A DNA stretch of 64,000 bases, from positions 24,040 through 88,039 of the IMG/VR virus record IMGVR_UViG_3300046519_000323, one strand, 5' to 3'. The position numbers were made by a program, and so were the translations under genes. The stretch is from a virus. Shown here piece after piece: positions 44,218 to 50,581 of this stretch. Every line of letters starts with the position of its first letter. Position 1 is the stretch's first letter. The notes beneath the pieces were generated by a model, which worked only from the letters and a program-made list of their open reading frames with translations, was not told the origin of the DNA and did not search any database.

Positions 44218-46062
44218 ATGACAAACATTAATGATTCTTTAAAATCGATGCGGGAAATCTTTTTAGAATGTAATTGGTCTTATGACCTTGAAGAGTATAA
44301 AAATTATAATTATTCATCTTTATGGACAAGCCTTTTCCAAGCTGCTTTTAAGATGAAAGAAGCAGGTAGAGAAGATCACTATCAGGTTCTAACATTACTC
44401 TCATTTATTGTTTCATTTCGTTTAACTACTGAGCGAATACATGAGCCTTTTAAATATGGTCCTGCAGACATTAATGAGGCTCTTGCTGAATTTAGGCCAG
44501 AAGGACCAATACAAGAAGATTTTGATTTTTTTGAATCTATTTTAGATGATATTGAACACCCTTTTTTAAGAGCACGTTTAGCCGATTTTCTCTGGATTTA
44601 TAAAAAACCGAAAAAACAGATATATGCTCATAAAGCAATAGATAGCTATACAGAATTGCCGATTGATCAGCGTTGGTATGAAGATATAAATCTATGTTGG
44701 GAAAGAGCAATAAGATTAGCTATTCAAATTAAAGATTCTGCCCGACTTGATAAAATTCATACTGAAATGTTCAGTGCTATAAAAAGAGAAATTTCTAATA
44801 CTGATTACATATTTTTAGCCCTCTCCATTGGTCAAATTCTTGATGCGCAGTTACTTGATAAACCTTATAGAAAGGACCTAGCAGAATTATATTTTACACA
44901 GGCTAAATCATTAGAAAGTAATCATTACTATGAAGCAGCACGGCAATATTATGAATTAGCTGCTAAAAAATATTATCAAATTAAGGATATGGATAGCCGA
45001 GGAAATGCATTGTGTGCCATCGCTAAATGTTATGAAAATGAGGCGGTAGGACATAAGCTTAAAATAGTGGCTAGTGATCTATATGAAAAAGCATTAGTTG
45101 CGTATCGAGCAATATCTAAAAAGGATAGAGAGCGATTAGGTTTAGAAGGAAAGATACAGGATATTCAAACTAAAATTATTGAGACTGGTAAAGCTTCCTT
45201 AGAGGATTTCATTTATCTACCTAATGAAAAGTTCGATGATACAGAGATTGTTGAACAAGTTAAAAACCAAATTTCGGGTAAAGCTGACCCTATAAATGCC
45301 TTAGAAACATTTGCCTCATTATGTTCTGAACCAGATTATGCATCGCTAGAGGGTCGGGCAAATGAGTTTTTTGATAAATCTTTCTTTGGTCGGATGTTCG
45401 GTGGAAAACATTATGAGCAAGATGGGCGAGTAATAGCTAAAACCCCGGCAATTAATACGGGCGAAAGTGTTGATAGCCCACAAAATCAAGATGCTTTAAG
45501 AGGGCAAATATTTAGAACTTATACAAATGATGTCTCATTGTTTGTTAAAAGTATTATTATGCCCGCATTAGATCAGCTCACCAGTGAACATCAGATTAAT
45601 AAAGAGCTGTTACGTCATATTTGCAAAGATGCACCAATTATTCCTGAGGACCGTTTAAATTTAATAGTGGAGGCACTTTGGTATGGTTTTGAATATGAAT
45701 TTGCTGCTGCGATTCACCTTGCTTGTCCACAATTAGAAAACATCGTTAGACAACAGTTAAAAGCAAAAGGCGCAATTACAGCAAATCACGATATAAATGG
45801 TATTGTAAATGAAGTGGGCCTAAGCACTTTAATGGAGCGACCTGAAGCACTAGAGGTATTTGGTCAAAATCTTACTTTTGAAATTCAATGTGTATTTACT
45901 GAATCGCTGGGCTTTAATTTAAGAAATAAGGTAGCTCATGGATTATTAAATGATGCTGAAGCATTCGACTCGACACAGTGTGTATATGCTTGGTACATGC
46001 TTTTAAGAATTATATTAAAGAATAGGCGCTTTAAAAAAATAAATTTTGAAGTAAGCGAATGA
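44218..46062 (+). CDS. large helical-repeat protein with C-terminal HEPN-type RNxxxH motif (DUF4209-like)
   Basis: 614 aa. GFNLRNKVAHGLLND (R-N-K-V-A-H encoded at 45922..45939) fits the HEPN Rx4-6H motif. TPR-like segments such as YYEAARQYYELAAKKYYQIKD. Conserved-looking PFLRARLADFLW. Confidence 0.6.
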   Translation: MTNINDSLKSMREIFLECNWSYDLEEYKNYNYSSLWTSLFQAAFKMKEAGREDHYQVLTLLSFIVSFRLTTERIHEPFKYGPADINEALAEFRPEGPIQEDFDFFESILDDIEHPFLRARLADFLWIYKKPKKQIYAHKAIDSYTELPIDQRWYEDINLCWERAIRLAIQIKDSARLDKIHTEMFSAIKREISNTDYIFLALSIGQILDAQLLDKPYRKDLAELYFTQAKSLESNHYYEAARQYYELAAKKYYQIKDMDSRGNALCAIAKCYENEAVGHKLKIVASDLYEKALVAYRAISKKDRERLGLEGKIQDIQTKIIETGKASLEDFIYLPNEKFDDTEIVEQVKNQISGKADPINALETFASLCSEPDYASLEGRANEFFDKSFFGRMFGGKHYEQDGRVIAKTPAINTGESVDSPQNQDALRGQIFRTYTNDVSLFVKSIIMPALDQLTSEHQINKELLRHICKDAPIIPEDRLNLIVEALWYGFEYEFAAAIHLACPQLENIVRQQLKAKGAITANHDINGIVNEVGLSTLMERPEALEVFGQNLTFEIQCVFTESLGFNLRNKVAHGLLNDAEAFDSTQCVYAWYMLLRIILKNRRFKKINFEVSE

Positions 46063-46068
46063 AAAGAT

Positions 46069-46092
46069 TGCCCTCTTTGTGAGGGCATTTTT
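46069..46092. terminator. bidirectional terminator between convergent genes
   Basis: TGCCCTC tttgt GAGGGCA followed by TTTTT. Confidence 0.7.
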
Positions 46093-46096
46093 AATA

Positions 46097-46669
46097 TTAA
46101 TATTCTTGGACAGGTTCGCAAATCATTGATAAGAAATAATCAAATAATGCTTCTCTTTGATCTACTTCAAGCTTACTTATGAGTTGCGTTAAAGCCCCAT
46201 CAATTATAAATAGCAACAAGTTTGCATCTTGTAGAGTTGTAGTAGAGTTGTAAGACCTAATCATTTTATGAATTTCATGAACTAACCATTTCCTATAATC
46301 TGTGATTGTTGTGTAAGCTTCAGGGTACTCATTTTTTATCTCAAATATTCCCTTAAATAATAAAAAGTAATCACTCTTAATATCTGCATGAAGGAAAAAA
46401 ACTTGTTTGAGCTGATCTATTACAGATATATCTGTAGATAAATGCGCTGCTGACATGACTTGTACTTTTAATTTTTCGCTTTTAAAAATTAAACAGGTTG
46501 TTATGAGCTTTTCTTTTTTTGGGAAATACTTATAAAGGGTCATTTTTGAAACATCAGATTCATTTGCAATTGTATTTACCCCTGTGTTATGAAAACCAAG
46601 TTCTGTAAAAAAATTGCAAGATGTCTCGATTAAATTAAGTATTTTTTCTGTACGCAGTAAATTTGCCAT
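46097..46669 (-). CDS. TetR-family transcriptional regulator
   Basis: Trimmed to MANLLRTEKILNLIE.... HTH GFHNTGVNTIANESDVSKMTLYKYFPKKEKLI. Confidence 0.8.
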   Translation of the reverse strand: MANLLRTEKILNLIETSCNFFTELGFHNTGVNTIANESDVSKMTLYKYFPKKEKLITTCLIFKSEKLKVQVMSAAHLSTDISVIDQLKQVFFLHADIKSDYFLLFKGIFEIKNEYPEAYTTITDYRKWLVHEIHKMIRSYNSTTTLQDANLLLFIIDGALTQLISKLEVDQREALFDYFLSMICEPVQEY

Positions 46670-46885
46670 ACATCTAACACCTTTAATATGTACCATTAAT
46701 TAATACGAATTGACGTGATGGTCTTTCTAAATATCAAAAAAATGGCATGCAAAAGTTCATTGAGTTGCGATTAAACACCTCAAAACTTAAAAGAAATTTT
46801 AAAAAATAGATTATTCAGAATTGATGACTTTTAATTGATCAACTCTAAAAGAATGTAATTATGTTGTATCTTTATATTGAATATG

Positions 46886-47125
46886 CATGGCGGTAGTCCT
46901 CCATTATTTCTAATAGAAAATCTGCCATGAATTTATAAATTGGTGGCAGAACGAAAGAGGGTTGACAGACTGGGCAAGACACCAGCACACATAAATGTGT
47001 CCCTCTCCCGTCCTACCGCTACGAGAGGGGACGAGAAGCACACACAAAATTAATCCTCAGAAAGAATTAATTCTGATGCTGTCTTGCACAACGAGGTCTG
47101 TCAAAACCTCCTGGCTTGGGGCCAG
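46886..47125. ncRNA. candidate structured RNA (or DNA structure): GC-rich island of nested helices, class unknown
   Basis: About 50% GC by hand count over 46941..47130, against very AT-rich flanks. Complementary pairs: 46886-93/46922-29, 46962-70/47096-104, 46974-81/47080-87, 46999-47007/47023-32, 47048-54/47066-72 and 47111-15/47121-25. Confidence 0.35.
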
Positions 47126-47258
47126 ACTGAGAAGAATAAAGAGAGGTTATAAAACTGTCAATAAACTATATTTTTTTAATTGTAAAAAAAAATTGAAAAT
47201 AAATAAATACTTAACAATTCAAATGCCTGTTAATTGAACGTAACCCTTTTTATTAAAT

Positions 47259-47273
47259 TTGATTAACAATCAA
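47259..47273. promoter_or_regulatory. 15-bp palindrome TTGATTAACAATCAA (candidate TetR-type operator)
   Basis: Perfect inverted repeat with the same TTGATT/AATCAA arms as the umuC-proximal repeat. Confidence 0.4.
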
Positions 47274-47401
47274 ACAGAATTTTTAATTTATTATTTTTAA
47301 ACCTAGACTTATGTATTTTTAACAAGTCTTAATTACTCGCTATTACTGTTTCTACCACCTATCGCTAATATTTGAAATCGTCAAAAACACCCGTTACGAT
47401 T

Positions 47402-47428
47402 AACTTGATTTTGTTACGTAATCAAGTT
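47402..47428. promoter_or_regulatory. inverted repeat AACTTGATT-N9-AATCAAGTT ending 5 nt before the umuC ATG
   Basis: Perfect 9-bp arms. The AACTTGA/TCAAGTT arms recall the published Acinetobacter UmuDAb SOS-box arms (from memory, unverified). Confidence 0.45.
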
Positions 47429-47433
47429 TTATC

Positions 47434-48729
47434 ATGGAAAAAAAGGTTTATGCACTCGCTGATATTAACAACGCTTATTGTAGTTGTGAGCGGGTTTTTA
47501 ACCCTCAGTTACTTGGTAAGCCATTGATTATATTAAGTAATAATGATGGTTGTGCAATAAGTCGCTCAGACGAAGCCAAAAATATAGGCATCAAGATGGG
47601 GGTGCCACTTTTCAAACTTAAAGAAATTATTAAAGAACATAATGTGATTGTTCACTCGAGCAATTTTCCGGTCTATGCGGAAATGTCACGGCGATTTTAT
47701 AATGTTCTTGCTGAGTTTGTTGGTGAAAAAGAATTAGAAATTTATTCAATTGATGAGTGTTTTCTTGATTTAACTACTTTTCAAACATTACACGACTTAA
47801 CTGAATATGCTCGAACGATGAAAAACCAAGTATATCAATACCTTGGTTTACCAATTTGCATCGGAATTGGTCGCTCCAAAACGGAGGCCAAGCTCGCCAA
47901 TTTTATAGCTAAAAAGAATAAACATTACAAAGGTATATGTAATTTATTAGACATCGATTTAACCAATCTTGAATCAATCTATCAATCAATTCCTATCGAA
48001 GAGGTTTGGGGCATAGGTTCACAGCATGCAAAAAAGTTACGTACGCTTGGGTTTAATACTGTTTATGATTTGGCCATAAATGCAAATCCGCAGCACATAC
48101 AACAACTATTTTCAGTCGTAGTTAAACGCACCGTGCTCGAGCTGCAAGGAACAGCTTGTATTGAGCTTGAACATACAAAGCCTGATCAGAAGCAAATCGT
48201 TTGTTCCCGTGCATTTGGCCGACCTGTAATGAATATTGATGATTTAGGTGAAGCCATATCTCTCTACACTCAAATTGCAGTGCGTAGACTAAGGAAGCAG
48301 GGTTTACTTTGCGGTACCATTACAACATTTGCACATTCAAACCCGTTTGATGAAAACGTAAAGTTTTTTAGAAGTACAGCCTCAATTGGATTACCCGTAC
48401 CTACTGATAGCGCTATGCTTTTAGTAAAGGCAGCAATGCATACTCTGCCCAAATTATTTAAAGAAGATATAGCATTTAAAAAATGTGGTGTGTTACTTAC
48501 TGCGTTGGAACCAAAAACAGGTTTTATTCATGACTTACTAGTTGATATTGATTTAATTGAACAACAAGAAAACTTAATGAAAGCATTTGATAAAATTACT
48601 GAGCGTTTTGGAAAGAAAAAAATCGGTATTGGCAGTTGCACCCTACCCGATCGAAACTGGTCAATGAATCAGCAATATAAATCTCAAAACTATTTTAGTT
48701 TAGAGGGTCTACCATTAATTAATAATTAA
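47434..48729 (+). CDS. umuC: Y-family translesion DNA polymerase V catalytic subunit UmuC
   Basis: Collinear with E. coli UmuC: ALADINNAYCSCERVF, LSNNDGC, YSIDECFLDL, VWGIGS, and the C-terminal W-x-M...Y block. Confidence 0.9.
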   Translation: MEKKVYALADINNAYCSCERVFNPQLLGKPLIILSNNDGCAISRSDEAKNIGIKMGVPLFKLKEIIKEHNVIVHSSNFPVYAEMSRRFYNVLAEFVGEKELEIYSIDECFLDLTTFQTLHDLTEYARTMKNQVYQYLGLPICIGIGRSKTEAKLANFIAKKNKHYKGICNLLDIDLTNLESIYQSIPIEEVWGIGSQHAKKLRTLGFNTVYDLAINANPQHIQQLFSVVVKRTVLELQGTACIELEHTKPDQKQIVCSRAFGRPVMNIDDLGEAISLYTQIAVRRLRKQGLLCGTITTFAHSNPFDENVKFFRSTASIGLPVPTDSAMLLVKAAMHTLPKLFKEDIAFKKCGVLLTALEPKTGFIHDLLVDIDLIEQQENLMKAFDKITERFGKKKIGIGSCTLPDRNWSMNQQYKSQNYFSLEGLPLINN

Positions 48730-48841
48730 TTAAAACCAAAAGTATTATTCAAGTTTCATATTTAATAAAAATAACAAAGCTATTTTGAGCGGTTTGATAT
48801 TATGCACCTTTGCATATTAACAATAACGAGACTTTCTTATA

Positions 48842-49381
48842 ATGGCTACGCCGTATATTACGATTGGCTGCCCCACAACTGGCGGCGGTCAAGTGATTTC
48901 AGGGAATAACATGTTCCTGATTGAAGGCATTCCCGTTGCTTGTGTTGGTGACAAAGCTACCTGCCCCACTCATAAAATTGTAGCAACGATTGTATCTGGT
49001 GATCCGTACATGCAGATTTTTGGTAAATCTGCAGCACGTGTAAATGATTCCCTTTCTTGTGGTTGTAAACTCCTACCAAAGCAAAATTTAGTTGTTCAAG
49101 ATAACGGCGGTGGTGCGGCGCAAAGTTCTCAAGCCAATAATGCACAAGATAGCTTTGTGCCTCAAACCGATGAACATGGGCTCAAATATCAACTTAAAGA
49201 CCAAGAGACTGGTAAACCTCTCGCTCAACAATACTTTAAATTGAAAGGTCCAGACGGTACCGAGATTGAAGGATTTACAGATAAAAGCGGTTATACAGAA
49301 CTAATAAAAACAGGTACAGAAGCAAAAGAAGTCGATTTAACTACTTTTGATCTTTCGAAACCGATGGCAGAGTGGAATTAA
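48842..49381 (+). CDS. PAAR-domain protein with ~85-aa C-terminal extension
   Basis: GIPVACVGDKATCPTH and GKSAARVNDSLSCGC are PAAR-repeat-like (AxxGD/ND...C, SAAR). Gly/Gln linker, then an extra domain. Confidence 0.7.
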   Translation: MATPYITIGCPTTGGGQVISGNNMFLIEGIPVACVGDKATCPTHKIVATIVSGDPYMQIFGKSAARVNDSLSCGCKLLPKQNLVVQDNGGGAAQSSQANNAQDSFVPQTDEHGLKYQLKDQETGKPLAQQYFKLKGPDGTEIEGFTDKSGYTELIKTGTEAKEVDLTTFDLSKPMAEWN

Positions 49382-49383
49382 GA

Positions 49384-50082
49384 ATGGCAGATAGTAATTT
49401 AGGAAACCCGTATAGACGTCATATACCGGGCTCATCCCCTGCATGGGACGCTTACCCTCAAGAGCAAAAGGTTTGTGATATTACCGAACCCCTTTGTAAC
49501 TCTCATATTAAAATTAGAAATTACTCGATGGTAAGACCCTATAATTTTATGATGAGCGCGCATCACTGGGCTCAAGTAGCAGACAATACTATTGAATTAC
49601 TTATGGCGGTACGCTTTGGGATGGAATGGGATGTTAATAAACTTCCTGATAGTAATATCGCTGACCCTGCTTTTCACACTAGAATGTATATTAAGTTCCA
49701 TAATTATTTATTAAAACATTCGGTCAAAGAGATTCCCCGTATTGTTGGAGAATTTCAGAGTACGGCCTTTAAAGTACGCTTTCTAAGTACGTTTGCGGTC
49801 GATGAATTATTAGAATTACGTAATTTAAGTAAGTTCGATCAGGGCAAAGAAGTTTACTCAAAAATTGAAGATTTGAAAGATACTTTTTCAAAACTCGATG
49901 TAGCCTCAGCTTCCGAAGATTTAGCCTTGTTGCAAATGAATGACGGGCCTTTGCATATAAACAGAGACATGTTTAAAAAAGTCTTTAATCAAGATTTCAA
50001 CCCTAAAATGATTCAGATCATGAAACAAAATAGAGAATATCCAGGAGACCCGACTAATGTTATCAGTAAAGGCTTCTATTAA
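49384..50082 (+). CDS. hypothetical protein (candidate cargo/effector of the PAAR protein)
   Basis: Trimmed to MADSNLGNPY..., starting 2 nt after the PAAR stop. No motif recognised. Confidence 0.5.
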   Translation: MADSNLGNPYRRHIPGSSPAWDAYPQEQKVCDITEPLCNSHIKIRNYSMVRPYNFMMSAHHWAQVADNTIELLMAVRFGMEWDVNKLPDSNIADPAFHTRMYIKFHNYLLKHSVKEIPRIVGEFQSTAFKVRFLSTFAVDELLELRNLSKFDQGKEVYSKIEDLKDTFSKLDVASASEDLALLQMNDGPLHINRDMFKKVFNQDFNPKMIQIMKQNREYPGDPTNVISKGFY

Positions 50083-50086
50083 GTAC

Positions 50087-50545
50087 ATGAAACCACTTCT
50101 AATAACCTTAGTGTTGATGGTTAGTGGTTGTGCAAATACACAAGTAAACAACGATAAAGAAGCCTTAAAAAATGCAACACGTGGCGCTGTTGGCATGGTA
50201 TTGCTTGATCATCATATGTATAAGAATGCTATAGCGAGCGGTAATAATGCAGTTACTCAGTCAATGCTTGCGTCAACTTTATTGAAAGCGGGTATTTTAA
50301 AAACTTATGAGAAAGAGGTAGGTGACGGTTATACGATTGAGTCAAGCTTACCGTTAGCAAAGTTAAATAAGCTTTGTTGGATGGGTAAATTTGTTCAGCA
50401 CTATAAAAACGATATACCCGCAGAAGCCTTGCCAGCATATAAAGATACACTTGTATGGCTAGATTCAAAGCAAGCCAATTTGTTAAAGAAACTCAATGAG
50501 TCATATAAGAAAGATGAACTCGGTGATGATGATTGCCGTAAATAG
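50087..50545 (+). CDS. lipoprotein (candidate immunity/exclusion protein)
   Basis: Trimmed to MKPLLITLVLMVSGCANTQ, with lipobox L-M-V-S-G-C. Starts 4 nt after the upstream stop. Confidence 0.65.
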   Translation: MKPLLITLVLMVSGCANTQVNNDKEALKNATRGAVGMVLLDHHMYKNAIASGNNAVTQSMLASTLLKAGILKTYEKEVGDGYTIESSLPLAKLNKLCWMGKFVQHYKNDIPAEALPAYKDTLVWLDSKQANLLKKLNESYKKDELGDDDCRK

Positions 50546-50575
50546 TAAAAAGCCCTCACTTAGAGGGCTTTTTTA
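50546..50575. terminator. bidirectional rho-independent terminator closing the accessory island
   Basis: AAAAAGCCCTC actta GAGGGCTTTTTT. Confidence 0.8.
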
Positions 50576-50581
50576 ATAAGC

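Noticed and set aside
46941-46962. The minus-strand reading of the GC island ends in ...GTTCTGCCACCA, which looks like a tRNA/tmRNA 3' CCA end. That would suggest an attP-type tRNA fragment.
   Set aside because: I found no T-arm (GTTCRANYC) or matching 5' acceptor strand on either side, so it is not a tRNA or tmRNA fragment.
46951-47080. Hammerhead-ribozyme-like words: GAAA at 46953 and CTGATG at 47073.
   Set aside because: The core is CUGAUGC, not CUGAUGA, and the order and spacing of the helices do not fit any hammerhead permutation.
46995-47237. 80-aa ORF running through the GC-rich structured island.
   Set aside because: No ribosome-binding site, and an Arg/Lys/Thr-rich low-complexity product. 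It crosses from the GC-rich stems into an AT-rich spacer, and the region is better explained by base-paired helices.
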